Assembly: GCF_009914755.1 (NCBI RefSeq)
Contig: NC_060947.1
DNA from: the human T2T-CHM13v2.0 reference genome, Homo sapiens
Strand: one strand, 5' to 3'
Length of the DNA stretch: 64,000 nt
Shown: positions 15,625-31,890 of the stretch, piece after piece
Numbering within the stretch: the first letter of the stretch is position 1
Layout: every line of letters starts with the position of its first letter
Notes under the pieces: model-generated
Told to the model about the DNA's origin: nothing
Database searches by the model: none
What the model saw: only the letters and a program-made list of their open reading frames with translations
Program-made: the position numbers and the translations under genes

Positions 15625-15741
15625 AAACCTGCAGCATCTGGTTATTCCCAGTCTCCCATCCAAGCACTAACCAGGCTAGACCTTGCTTAGCTCACAAGAT
15701 CAGATGAGATGGGGCACATTCAGGATGGTGTGACCATAGAT
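15625..15741 (-). pseudogene. 5S rRNA pseudogene (RNA5SP family)
   Basis: Reverse complement aligns end to end with 5S rRNA (tctatggtcacaccatcctgaa...gctaagcaaggtctagcctggttagtgcttggatgggagac), with CpG decay and a ~4 nt deletion. Confidence 0.93.
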
Positions 15742-16143
15742 TAAGAAGCTATTTATTTACCAAGTTAACGGTTCATAGATTAATGTGCTCCCCAAGTGCT
15801 CTAGGATATACAACATATGGCCAAGAGAAAAAGCCAATTTAGGGCCAGAGGAAGAAATATCGTATGCATCATAGTAATCAATGATGGTACAAAAAATAGG
15901 ATCATTTTGTTAAGGCTTCATTAAGGGGTACATATTGAAAGTGTAGCCTTCAGTTGTATTTCAAGAACATTTCATGAACTCCTGTTCCTTATAAAGTAGC
16001 AAGGATATTTACCTGTCACATAAGAATACCTCCTCATTTCACTTTATTAACTGATAGTTTCTTTATAAAGACTTTATGAAAGAACTTGGATTTACTTCTC
16101 TTGCTTAAGTCATGAAAGTAACAGGATATAATTAAACCAACAG

Positions 16144-16237
16144 TGCCTAAACAGATGATGCAAATGTTTGGGCTTGGTGCGATCAGCCTTATCCTGGTAT
16201 GTCTGCCCATTTATTGCCGCTCTCTTTTCTGGAGGAG
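16144..16237 (+). CDS. FMR1NB: FMR1NB coding exon 4 (94 bp), hydrophobic transmembrane segment
   Basis: aacag acceptor, gtaggt donor; (V)PKQMMQMFGLGAISLILVCLPIYCRSLFWR(S). Confidence 0.95.
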
Positions 16238-16272
16238 GTAGGTGAACATAAACTTTTATTTGCTCGTTGCTA

Positions 16273-16735
<463 letters not shown>

Positions 16736-17101
16736 TTATTTTTCCATAGATTTTCTTCTTGCATAGTATCTGTACATTCCCTTATGAAACAAACCCACAA
16801 TTAGAAGGAAAAATAAATTAGCAAGCTTGGTGTGTGTGCAGTGGGGGTGGCTATTAACTGCAAATCAGAACAGTTCCTGGAAGTGTTAGTTTCCATTGAG
16901 TCATCTGCCATTGGTCTTTAATGATCATCTACTATTGGGTCATAAAGCCTTGATCTGTCTTCAAGCCAATTGGAAAACAAATTTCTTCTTAGCATCTTAT
17001 ACAAAATGCCAATGGACTACTAGCATGATGCTTCCAAGCTTTTTTTTTTTTTTTATAGCTCCCCACCTATGGGGACAGAGTGGGTATAGAGGTACAGAGC
17101 A

Positions 17102-17230
17102 CAGTCAGGACTAGAGTGAGGTGAGTGAAGCACTTAGAGCACAAAGTTAAGGGAAGCACTCACTCTCAGGTTTGTGCGCGTGCAAGGTCAGCATTGTCAC
17201 TACCCTGAGAATAAGTACCTCCTTAAATTC
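17102..17230. mobile_element. MER96-like palindromic hAT MITE (partial)
   Basis: ggactagagtgaggtgagtga terminus; inverted arms ttaagg..cactcactctcagg and cctgagaataagtacctccttaa. Confidence 0.6.
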
Positions 17231-18541
17231 TCTGATAAAGACAAGGTGCCTGTTGAAGGTTAAGCATGTTTTATGTTTTTATTGAAGTTAATGTGGAAGT
17301 AGTAGTTGAGTTACCAGAATATGGTTTAGATTTCGCAAGAAGAGTTAGACTATATACACTGCCTTACTTTGGATGAAGATCATCGAAGTGATTGGCAGTA
17401 GGAGTGGAATTTTTGGCCCTTCCTTCTTCTCTTCAAAGGTTGATTTTGTATTAAAAAAATAAACCATGAATAACAATAAAGTAACATTTGCTAGAAATTG
17501 GTGGCTAGGAATATACCATGAAATTTAGAGAGTTTCTAGGATTATAAGTTTGGTATGATAACTTCATTATGGTCCCTGTGTTATACCTCTGCAAAGGAAT
17601 TTTATGGGGGTGTTCAGGTCCCCTGGATTTTTTTTTCTCTAAAATGAAATCCAAAGGATTGTTCTCTGATCCTAATATATTTCCTTCTTTCTACATAGTA
17701 CAGACTGCTTGAGAAACAATGTGAATAAGTGTATATATTGGATACTATACATTTTGGTTTACTATGTTTTATTTATTTATTTTACTATTTTGTGCAAGAG
17801 CAGTATGCTCCTTCGGTCATCTTGAGCTGACTATCATGACCCTTGGAGCAGGTAGCAGATTCATCTTGCTGCTTAGCTGAATTTCCAGGAACAATGATTG
17901 AGAGTGGATGGGCACTTTCAGCCTATTGTGGTAGGCTGATTTTAGAGGCAAGGAGAATAATTGTGTAAGAACGGGGAAATCCCATCCCTGATATCAAACA
18001 AGGAGCCAAGTGCAGGCCATAGTCAGCTTTTGCAGGGCAAGATATCTCCTTAGAACGATTTCCTTAACTCACTTTCTGTTCTCCATTTCAAAGAATAAAG
18101 AGATAGATAAAATATTAGGGTAGGTAAAATAAATAACCCATAAAAGAGAAATAGACACAGCAGTAAAATCAATATGTGGTGGCTTAAAAAGGAAAAGAAA
18201 GAAGCCAAACACAATTGTTTGTCCAAATCAGAGGTACCAAAAGCTATTATGACTATCTGCAGTAATGTGATTTGGGCCTCTTTTGGAAGACCTTTTTTTG
18301 CTCTTTCATCATTGGAAGATACCCTTAAGCTCCTCCTCCTGCTAAATCCTGTCTTAAACATTAAATAACTGAGAATTCCTTTAAGAAAGAGCTGTCATAG
18401 CTCTCCTCTTGGCCTTCGGTTGCAAGCCAAAACAAACAATGTTTTGGTATTCCCCAACCTCTGCAATTTGGACAGTGCCTTTTTTAAGGATCACCTAAGG
18501 AGCCAGCAACTGACAAGAGTTGGAGAGCTTAAAAAATGAGA

Positions 18542-18848
<307 letters not shown>

Positions 18849-21800
18849 CTAAAAGCAGTGTAGGTGAAAAGGGTAATTATGCACCAGAGCCATATGTACT
18901 TCAGTTTTTGGCGCCTAAGTCATTTTTTCCACTATTGACCATATTCATTGAATGTTTGCCTGTGCCGGGTATAACGGAGGATACAGAAATTTTTAAGATA
19001 TAGGCCCTACTTTTAAGGAGCTTAAATCCACCTTAAAACAAATCCCAAGTATGACACATTTAAATTACAATATAAGACGAAAATAATTAAGGACTAAAAT
19101 GGATGGTAGCAATAACTTACAAAAGTTTTGAAGCAGTGGAGATCAGGTTAAGTAGGAGAGGGCACGTCAGGCTTCATGGTAGAGGTGCCGTTTCAGGTCG
19201 ATTTTGAAGGGGGACAGATTTGGAGTAGATAGAGAGGGGTCCTTTTCACAGAATTAATTACATTCAGATGGTGGTCTTCTCACTATAGACACCTTAATTT
19301 ATTTCATTTCCTAGCAGATACAGCTTAATTTTGCCACTGAAAAAATCTATAACTGAATCTCTAGTTTACTTCTACTTGACTTGAGTTCTAGTGTGATATG
19401 AACCTGGTACACAGAGGACTCAAGCCGGTTTGAACTGGTTGCACATACAAAAGGAAGCAGAGAGCATTAGTGAAAAACTTTCTAAGAATTCACTAATAGC
19501 CATATTAAACTAACATATAAGATGTGTTTTTGAAATTTATTGTGTCCTTAAGGTTATGTAAGATCTATTTTTATCCTCAATAGGGATCAGAAGCTTCATT
19601 AGGTATAAGTGTCACTAGTAGGCTTAAGCCTTTGCTTAGAGGAGAAGGAAGGAAAAGATCAAGTGGATAGCGACAAAAGGAAGCAGGGGAGAGGAATTCT
19701 AAGGGGAAGAGAAAAAGGGAGGTGGCTGAATTGTTCTTATAACAGCTATTACTGTAGCCAGCGACAGTAGTCTCAAGTGCAGTTTCTAATTCAGTTTCTA
19801 ATCTTTATCTGTTTTTAGATAAAGTTTAAATCTGTGTGTATATGCCATTTAAACATCTGTGGATTATATAGTGATATGATACTTGAGTGTGTCTGTAGCT
19901 TTGGTAAGGTGGAAAATTTAAACATAATACCATGCCTGTTAAATTCAGATGAAGTGCATTTTCATGTTCTTTTTCTTCCTATCAGATTGAATTTGTAACT
20001 TTGAATTAAGACAAAATTCAGAACTCAGTCTGAAAATGACAAAACTGTGTTTTCTTTCAACTAATAAAATGTCTATTTTTTTTTGAAGATTGTAGATCAT
20101 CTGATACACAGATGATGTAAAAAGCACATCCCCCATACACTTTCAATGTTGCTACTTGCCAGATGGCTGTTACTGAAAATTTCTACATTTAGACCAATCC
20201 TGCTGCATGATTCCCTGTATTATAATCTGGTTTTCATTATGCCGCTAGTCTTAGTGCCACTTATTTTCTTACAATGGGAGGTAAAGAACTGGGAATAAAT
20301 GTGTCAAAAACTGCCTAAAAATCATCACCCTTTGAATTTAAAAAATAGACATTTACATTTTCAATTTCCCATGTTTGCATATCTCATTATACTGTACAAT
20401 ATAATTAGTAATGTTATTTTGAAAAGCTTTATGCAGTAATTAGCGAACTACTGGAAAGTTTGAAGTTCCTAGGATTATATACATCTGGATTCAGAGGAAG
20501 GAAATAAAATCTATAAATTTTGAAAAGTATGACTAGGCTGTAAGAACTTTGATAAAATATGTCAGATGAGAATGTGAGCAAACTGGAACTCTGTTCTAGC
20601 ATGAGTCACTATAGGTTTGAAATTCGTATAAAGCTGGTACTTCTTGGACGCTGTTCATGGTAATTTAATTACTGAAATAATAAGAGAACCTCATTATGCG
20701 GATCATATGTCTGAGGTGTTCTCATTGCAAGGACTCCAAGGACAGCATTTTAGAGAACTCTGGCATAGTAGGTACTATTAAAAAGAACATTCTGTTGCCA
20801 AGTAACTAATAACTTCATTGCAAAATGAAGTGTCCTTTTCTCAATTCCCATTTAATTTGATCTTTTTGTCACAGAGTACACTGTTGACTGCTCCCTTCTT
20901 GAAATTTTCCCCCCTTGGATTTCATTGTTCCTCTTACAATTTTGATCCATCTCAGTCTGCTTTTCTTTGTTCACCCAAATGTGGTTGTTTCCCAAAGCCT
21001 TACTCCCATTTATCAGAAAATGTTAGAAATATATAGTAGGAAGAACATTCTAAAAGATCTGCGTTCTCATTCTGCTTTCACCACGTTTCATGGATGTGTT
21101 TAAATTCTTTGAGTATTGATTTCCTAACAAAATTATAGTAGAGACTTGAGTTAGATAATTTCTATGGTATTTTCTGACCATAGTATTCCAAGAGTCTCTG
21201 GGTAAATTACTCTTAATTCCAAATCCTAAAATCTTCACCTCTACCTGTTCCATATTTCCAGTCACTCTCGTGAATTAGATGTTTTATCAGCACCTCAAAT
21301 GCAATATGTGAAAAAGTGAACTCATTTTCTTTTTCTCCTAAATTATCTCCCCTTGACCCTTCTCCATTCCTGTCAGTGATTTCTTTAGTTTCCCAGGCTA
21401 GAACCTTAGAGTCTTTGGTGACTATTTCTTCTCATTTATCCTCAATATATAATCTTTTCACTTACTCTCCTTGTCATTGTGTTCTGTTTTGTTTTGTTCT
21501 TCTTTGGAATGAGTCTGGAATTTGCCCCTTCTCCCATTTTATTGTAATTTAGTACCAGCCTTGAGTGCCTTTTCCCATTCTAGGCAAGTGGCTTCAGGAG
21601 AGGAGCAAAAGGGAACTAAGGGTAGCATCTAAAGAGCGAAGGCAGGTTTCAGAGCTGAGAGGTCATAATGATATATCTAATCCAAGAGATTCTTATAGGA
21701 GAGACACCATCTGAGATGGGGCCGCAAGTGGGGCTTGGAGGATGGCTAGGAGGTGGGTTCCAGAGAGGTTTCCTGGTACTTAAATAGGAATGTATAGCAT

Positions 21801-22148
21801 TGGCCTTAGGTAAAGAGGAATTAAGGATACCTGCCAAACCAGTTTGGACATATACCTGGACTCCTAATCTACTCTCCCTCTAATCCATCCTGCAATGTCT
21901 TGCCAGACTCATCTTCCTGAAATATCTCTATTTCATTTCATTATATCATTCAAGAACTTCTAATGCTTTCAAGAATATCTGTGTTCCAGGCCTTGTGTTA
22001 GGTGCTGTGAAGGACAAAGAAGCAAATCAGATTATGCTCTGTGCTCTCAAGGAACACACATAGTCTGTGTAATAAGGGACATATACAAGTATCCAAAGTA
22101 GAAAATCATTGTCCGTAAAAGAGGTACAGATAAAAAGTTAGCATGTAG

Positions 22149-22577
<429 letters not shown>

Positions 22578-23594
22578 TAGGTTGTATGTGTCTAGACATT
22601 TTTCCATTTCTTCTAGATTTTACAATTTATTGGCATATAGTTGCTCAGAGTAGCCACTATTGAACCTTTGAATTTCTATGGTATCAGTTATAATGTCTTC
22701 TTTTTCATCTCTGATTTTACTTATTTGGGTATTCTCTCTTGTTTGCTTAGTCTGGCTAAAGGTTTGTGAATTTTATTTATCTTTCTTAAAAAAACAACTT
22801 TTTGTTTCATTAATCTTCTGTATTGTTTTCTTCATTTCAAATTTATTTATTTCTGCTCTCATCTTTATTATTTTTATTCCCTAATTGTGGGTTTGGTTTG
22901 ATTTTGCTTTTCTGGTTATTTAAGATGTATCATTAGGCTGTTTATGTGAAGTTTTTCCTCTTTTTGATATAGGTACTTACAGCTATAATCTTCCCTCTGA
23001 GTACTGCTTATGTTGTATCCCAGGTTTTGGTATATCATGTTTCCATTATCAGTTGTTTCAAGAAGGGTTTTAATTTCCTTCTTAATCTCTTCATTGATTC
23101 ATTGGCTATTCAGGAACATATTGTTTAATTTCCATGTGTTTGTATAGTTTCCAAATTTCCTTTTGTTATTGATTTCTAGTTTTATTCCATTTTGGTGAGA
23201 GAAGATGCTTGTTATCGTTTTAATTTTTTTCAATGTTTTAGGGCTTGCTTTGTGACCTAACACACAGTCTATCCTTGAGGATAATTCATGTGCTGGGGAA
23301 AGAAAGTGTATTCTGTAGGGTTTTCTCTAAATATCTATTAGGTCTATTTGGTGTACAGTGCAGATTAAGTCTGATGTTACTTTGTTCATTTTCTGTCTGG
23401 AATATCTGTCCAGTGCTGACAGTAGGGTATTGAAGTCACTAGCTATTATTGTACAGGGGTCTATCTCTATCTTTAGCTCTAATACTATTTGCTTTATGTA
23501 TCTGGGTGTTCCAGTGTTGGGTGCACATATATTTACTATTGCTATATTCCATTGCTGAATTGGCCTCTATCATTATGTGGTGACTGTCTTTGTC

Positions 23595-23890
23595 TCTTCA
23601 TATAGTTTTGTTTTGAAATAGATTTTTTTCTGATGTAAGTATAGCTACTCCTTCCCTTTCTTGGTTTCCATTGGTATGGAATGTCTTTTTTTCATTCCTT
23701 TATTTTCAGTCTATATGTGTCTTTATAGGTGAAGTGTGTTTCTTCATATAGTTTTGTTTTGAAATATATTTTTTTCTGATGTAAGTATAGCTACTCCTGC
23801 TCTGTCTTGGTTTCCATTGGTATGGAATGTCTTTTTTTCATTCCTTTATTTTCAAGCTATATGTGTCTTTATAGGTGAAGTGTGTTTCTT
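23595..23890. repeat. 146 bp tandem duplication (2 copies) inside the old L1
   Basis: tcttcatatagttttgttttgaaata...gaagtgtgtt starts at 23595 and again at 23741; few mismatches; tctt at all three boundaries. Confidence 0.97.
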
Positions 23891-25055
23891 GTAGGCAACT
23901 GATGATTGGGTCTCATTTTTATATCCATTCAGCCACTCTGTGTCTTTTGATTGGAGAGTGTAGTCCTTTTATATTCAGTGTTATTATTGATAAGTAATGA
24001 CTTACTTCTGCCATTTTGTTATTTGTTTTCTGGTGGCCTTGTGGTCTTCTCCTTCTACTTTCCTTCCTTCCTGTCTTCCTCTAGTGAAGGTGACTTTCTC
24101 TGGTGATATGATTTAGTTTCTTGCTTTTTATTTTCTGTGAATCCATTGCATGTTTTTTGATTAGAGGTTACCATGAGGCTTGCAAATACTATCTAATAAC
24201 CTATTATTTTAAGCTGATAACAACATAACATTGTTTGCATAAACAGTCAACAAAAAGGCAACTAATAAAAACTCTACCTCATAGTTTCATCCCCCAATTT
24301 TTAAACTTTTTATTGTTTCTGCTTGTATCTTATAGTAGTCGATGTTTTGAAGAGTTGTTGCAGTTAATATTTTTGATTGGTTCGTCTTTAGTCTTTCCAC
24401 TTAAGAGTAGTTTATACAACAAAGTTACTTTGTTATAATATTTTGTGGTTTTCTGCATACTTATTATTGCCAGTGAGTTTTGTACCTTCAGATGATTTAT
24501 TATTGGTCATTAACACCCTTTTCTTTCTCATTAAAGTATTCAATGTAGCATTTTGTGTAGGACAGATCTGGTATTGATGAAATCCCCCAGCTTTTGTTTG
24601 TCTGGGAAAGTCTTTATTTTTCTTCATGTCTGAAGGATATTTTCGTTGGACATACTGCTCTAGGGTGAAAGAGTAGTATGTCGTATTTTTCCTTCAGCAC
24701 CTTATATATATCATGCTACTCTCTCCTGGCCATAAGGTTTCTGCTGGTAACTCTGCTGCCAGACTTACTGGGGCTCCATTGTATGTTATTTGTTTCTTTT
24801 CTCTTAGTGCTTTTAGGATCTGTTGTTCATCCTTGACCTTTGGGAGTTTGATTATTAAATGCCTTGAGGTCATCTTCTTTTGGTTAAATCTGCCTGGTAT
24901 TCTATAACCTTCTTGTACTTGTATATTGATATCTTTGTCTAGGTTTGGGACATCCTCTGTTATTATTGCTTTGAACAAACTTTTACCCCATCACCTTCTC
25001 TACCTCCTTTTTAAGGCCACTAACTCTTAGATTTGTCCTTTTGAGACTATTTTCT

Positions 25056-26621
<1,566 letters not shown>

Positions 26622-29139
26622 TGACCATTTTAAATGGTATTAAATGTATTTTAAAATAGCCTATCTTCAAGGTCACTAATTGTTTATTCTACTTGATCAA
26701 TCTACTATTAAAAAACTCTGATGCATTCTTCAGTATGTCAGTTGCATATTTAACTCCAGAATTTCTGCCTGATTATTTTTAATTATTTCAACCTCTTTTT
26801 TCAGTTTGTCTGATATAATTATGCATTCCTTGTCTGAGTTCTATTGAATTTCTTTGTGTTTCCTCAAAACAGCTATTTTGAATTCTTTGTTTGAAAGATA
26901 ATATGTCTTTGTTTCTCCAGGATTAGTTTCTGGTGCCTTATTTAGTTCATTTGGTGATTTCACATTTTCCTGGATGGTGTTGATGCTTGTGAACATTTGT
27001 CTGTGTCTGGGCATTGAAGAGTTAGGTATTCATTGTACTGTTCACTATCTGGGCTTGTTTGTACCTGTCTTTCTTCGGACAGCTTTCCAGGTGTTCTAAG
27101 GGACTTGAGTGTTGTGATCTAAGCTGTATTCACATTAGGAGGCATACCAAATCCAGTGACACTGTGACTCTTGCAGACTTGTAGAGGTACTTCCTTAATG
27201 ATCTTGGGAAAAAAACCAGAATAATTCTCTGGATTACCATCAGAGGCTCTTGTTCTCTTCCTTTCCTTTTCCCCAATCAAATGGAGTCTCTCTCTCTGGA
27301 CTGAGCTGCCTGGAGCTTTGGGGTGAGGTGACCCAAACACCACTGAGGCCACCACCACTGGGACTGCACTAGGGCAGACCTTAAGCCAGCACAGCACTAG
27401 GGCTTGTCCAAGGCCCACTGTAATCACTACCTGGCCACTGCTTATGTTTGCTCAAGGCACTGGGACTCTACAAACAGCAGGTGGCAAAGCCAGCCAGCCT
27501 TGTATCCTTCCCTTCAGGGTGGTGAGTTCTTGCAGGCCCCAGGCATGTCCAGGGGTACTTTCCAGGAGCCAAGAACTAGAGTCAAAACCTTAGAAATATA
27601 CCCAGTGTTCTGTTGTACTGCAGGTGATCTGGCACTCACCACAAGATGCAGTTCTTCCCACTGTTTCTTCCCCTTTCTACAGGCAGAAGAGCCCTACCTT
27701 GTGGCAATCAACACTGCAGGCCCACAGGGAGTACTGCCAATGTTCTCTTAAAGCCCAAGGGCTCTTCTATCAGCTTGTGGTGAATGTTACCTGGCCTGGG
27801 ACTCACCACCCTTCAGGGCAGTGGGCTCCCCTCTGGCCCAGGGCAGGTCCAGAAATGCCATCCAACAGCCAAGGCCCGGGATTGGGTACACTAAAAGCCC
27901 ACTTGGTGCTCTACTCCCCTGTGACTAAGCTGGTATTTAAGGTTCGAGACAAAATTCCCTTTACTTTTCCCACTGCTTTTCTCAAGCAGGAGTCTCTCCC
28001 TGTAGCCACCACAGCTGAGGATGTGCTGAGTCACACCTGAATTCAGCAAGTCTCAAAGTCTCACCCAAGGCTCACAGCATAACCTAGGTATCACTGCTTG
28101 TTATTCAGGGCCCAAGGGATTTTCAGTCAGCAGGTCCTGCTAGGACTGGATCCTTCCCTTTAAGGCAGTAGATTGTCTCCTGGTTCAGGGTGTATCTAGA
28201 ACTGTCATCTGTGAGCTAGGGCCTGAAAAGGGGACCTCTTGACTCTGACTGGTGCCCTTTCCTACTGTGGCTGAGCTGATATCCAAGATGTAAGACAAAG
28301 TCTGCTTTACTCTTCCCTCTCCTCTTCTGAAACAGATGGAAGGAGTCTCTTTTGGAGCTATGAGTTTTGCAGCCTGGAGTTAGGGGAGGGGTGGCACCAA
28401 CATTCCCTTAGCCACCCTGGCTAGTGTGTCAGTAGGTTGTGTGCTTCCTAAATCCACTGACTCTTAACCCAGTTCAGCACTAGGACTAACCTAAGAATTG
28501 CAGTCCTTGTGGCCTAGACTGCCTTTCAAGGTTATTGAGGGCCCCAGTGAACTTTTGGCCCACAGTGGCAAGGCTTGCCAGATTCAATCCTGACTACTGG
28601 GATGGGTGGTTCCTCTCTGGCTAGGTCTGGTTTAAATAGTCCCTCTGTGAGTGGGCATCAGCTGGGTTCAGCCTGGTTTTGCTTTCTGCTTTGACAGGGC
28701 AGCTCTGAGTTCAATGTAATGTCTCACAATTGCTGCACTCTTTCTCTCCCAAGTGCACAGATTCTCTTTCTGTGCCATGCAGCCACTGCTGGGGGATAGG
28801 GGAGAGGCGGCATTGGCAATTCAAGACTGTCTTTCCTACTCTCTTCAGTACTTCTTTCAGCTGTATGAAGTTAAAAGCAAGTACTCTGAGTGCTCCCCTG
28901 ATTTTTGGTTCTTATGAAGGGGCTTTTTTTTTTTTTTTCCTGTGTAGATAGTTGTTAAATTTGGTGTTCCTATGGCGGGGTAGGATGGGGGTAATTGTTA
29001 GAGCATTCTGTTCTGCCATCTTGCTCTGTCCTCAGGCCATTTCTTTCTTTCTGATCAGTTATGTTAAACTCTTGAGGTTCCAAAACACCCAACAAATTTC
29101 TTCAATGATGTATGTTTTTGTTTCTTTGAGCCCCTAGCC

Positions 29140-30050
29140 TCAGAGTTCCCTGATGTACTCAATCCGGAGGAATTGCCCCTTTACTCATCCTTGGCCACCC
29201 AGTTTCATGCCCACATCTTGAACATTGTTATTCACTCAAAACTGAACCTCTGAATCTCTGAAATCTTAAAGTTCAAAATCTTACTCTTTCACCATAGGTT
29301 CCTTGTCCTCCAGCTTTTTCTCCGCTTCATTTTTGCTGAACCTGTTCTTTAACACATTGAGGCCTCCAGTGTCTTTAACTCTCTCTTTTCTCCCAGTCTG
29401 CCATCTTCCTAACATCATCTGCTTTTTTTTTTTTTTTATCCAGCCTGGATCCCATTGTCTAGTACTTTAATCCATTCTTGTTTCCAGTCCCCTTGTTTCA
29501 TGGAAACTGAATCCATACCACTTCTCTGCTCTTAGATCTAGGCTCCTGGGAATTTTTAGAAGAAAAAAAATGTCCCACAACTGTGTGGATCTGTGTCATT
29601 AGGAATTTCCAGTGAGCTCACTTAACATTTCCAGCCATGCCACTCTACTAGATGTTTACAAACAACATGCCACCTTGTCACTCTGAGTCTCATAAAGTGT
29701 ATCTGCTGACTGAAATGCTCTTATGCATCTCCCCACCTCCACTTTTCTTTATCTGGCTCTCTCCACTCAGGCTGCAGGCCTCATCTTAGAGGTCACCTCT
29801 TCTAGGAAGCTTACTCCAAACCTCCTGCACACATTGGGTCAGGCTTCTTCTTGTCTGCCTTCTACCAACCTCTGATTACCTCTACTTGAACTCATCTCAA
29901 CATAATATTGTTAGTCTGTATATCTACTTTCCCTTCTAAATTTTAAGCTCCTCAAGGACAGGTACCATATCTTAGTCATGTTTATGTCTCTAGTACTTAG
30001 AATAATGTTTATTTAATAAATGAGCAAATATATCAGTGAGTGAATGAGTG
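29140..30050 (+). mobile_element. L2 fragments including the 3' end
   Basis: gtcacctcttctaggaagc...taagctcctcaaggacagg...aataaatgag/gtgaatgagtg. Confidence 0.7.
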
Positions 30051-30442
30051 TGCAAGAAATTGACCTTTTCCGTGTGCGTATGCTGGTCATGATATATGAC
30101 ACTTTATATGAAAAGAAGAAAACCACCTCTAGGACACTGAAAAATCATTTCACTCCTACTCTCTCCCTTGGGCATTTTCATTGCCTATTAGGTAGAATAG
30201 CTAACCTTGGATCTCAGTAGTAAATGTTAGTCATATAGCCAGTTAGTGATGAGGCTGAACAAAAACCAAGTCCTCTGAAACCTAGGTCAGTTTTGAAATA
30301 ATAAGGCCGTGTTGCTTTTTTGTTGTTAATTAAGGTGAAATGTACATGACCAAATTTAAAAGAAAATCTGTAGATAAAGAAAACATAGTCATTTTAATTA
30401 TATAAAGTAGGCTATATTGACGTCACAGCATTAGAAAAAAGC

Positions 30443-30742
30443 ATAAGTTCTCAATTTCTTCTCTAAAATCCTGAAATTCAAAAATTTCTGCAAACCTAAA
30501 AATTTTGTTGTATTCATTTTGCGACAAACCTGGACTGAGATTCCTTCTAGTCATTATTTAATTCTTAGAGTGAATATTCATATATTTGTTGCAGAAATGT
30601 TACTGTGTTTGATTATGAGATGCTACCCCAGACCCCATGGGAATGTCATGTAGTATTCAATATATCGTGTCATATTACCTTTCTAAATCCAAAAGAATCT
30701 GCATTCTCAAGCACATCTGGCCCCAAGGTACTGAGAACTGTG
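30443..30742. mobile_element. TcMar-Tigger MITE (MER46C-like)
   Basis: gtgaatattcata...tgcagaaat...ccccagacccc...attacctttctaaa...cacatctggccccaagg. Confidence 0.55.
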
Positions 30743-31379
30743 TAGTTGTTTCAGTTATTATTTTTTTTAGACTGTAGGTAACAACATGGCAACATAAATA
30801 GGCCATAGATAAATCATATAAATATATTTTTTGCCTTCATTCACCATTTCATTTATGCCCAGAGACATTTTTTTGATTAATTGGGAAAGAATTTGTTTCT
30901 TTGCCCCACATTTGTCTTACCTAGTGGAGCTCAGTGTCAACCCAGTAATACAGTTTTAGGGGAGAAAAGTTAGTATTATTTATCTTCAAAGTCATAATTT
31001 CAAAGGCAGACTTATCTTTCTCTGGGACCCACATGCTCAGAACCTTGTTTTTCTGTACAGCTAAGTAGCACTTACAAGGTCCTGGTATCTTCTTCTGCAT
31101 GCTACCTAGCTTGAGCTGAGGATAGGATTATTTATCTGTCATTACCTCTTCATAATATTGTGTGCAAATCTTTCTTTTTTTCTGTCTTTGGATTTTTCTC
31201 TTTACCTCTGCCATGAACATTACTATTTTTTTTGGCTTATGTTTAGTTCTTTAGAAAGTAAAAGCCCTATAAGCATAAAAATCAACAAACATTTCCATTT
31301 CCTCTGTGGGATATAAAAAGTGATAAGGTAAGGTTCCAGTCTGAAGGAATTTACAAGCTTTGAGGAGAGAATGAGACAG

Positions 31380-31890
31380 GTTAGTGTAGTAGGAGAGAGA
31401 TTGTACTTTAGATTTAGGTAGGTCTGGATTTGAATCCTGGTTCTACTACTGAGTAGTTTGGTGACCTCGGCAAGTTACTTTCCGTCTTGGTGCCTCAGTT
31501 TCCCCATATGAAAAATGGGAATGATAGAAATAGTACCTGCCTCATCAAGTCGTTAATGAAGATTAAATGAGATCATGCACGTGAAGTGCTTATTATGCAC
31601 ATAGGAAGTTTATCATACCTGCTGCTAGCCATTATTCACGAACACTGCAAAGTGGTCTAATGGAAAAAGCTTGTACTTTAGAGTCAAACAGACCTACGTT
31701 TAAATTCTAGCATCTCCATTACTAGTTATCTGTGACCTTGGGTGAATTATTTTACCTCTTTAAGCCCCAGATTAATCATTTGCAAAATAGGAAACACACT
31801 ATCCACCTTCTAGGGTCGTTATGAGGATTTAATGAGAAAGTATATAAAGCACTTAGTGAAGTTCTTGGCATGTGGTAGCCTCTCAAGTGC
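31380..31890 (+). mobile_element. Two tandem MIR SINEs
   Basis: Two MIR cores (tgacctcggcaagttac..cctcagtttcccc; tgtgaccttgggtgaatta..atgaggatttaatgag). Confidence 0.8.

Noticed and set aside
14369-16143. U12-type intron as an explanation for the weak exon 4 acceptor
   Set aside because: The donor is GTAAGT, not GTATCCTT, and there is no TCCTTAAC branch site.
19779-19804. 12 bp tandem duplication of cagtttctaat
   Set aside because: Ordinary short slippage event with no functional context.
27450-28350. Three ~300-350 bp repeats, also present at 51280-52200
   Set aside because: They are the intrinsic tandem units of this L1 family's 5' UTR, not a new local repeat.
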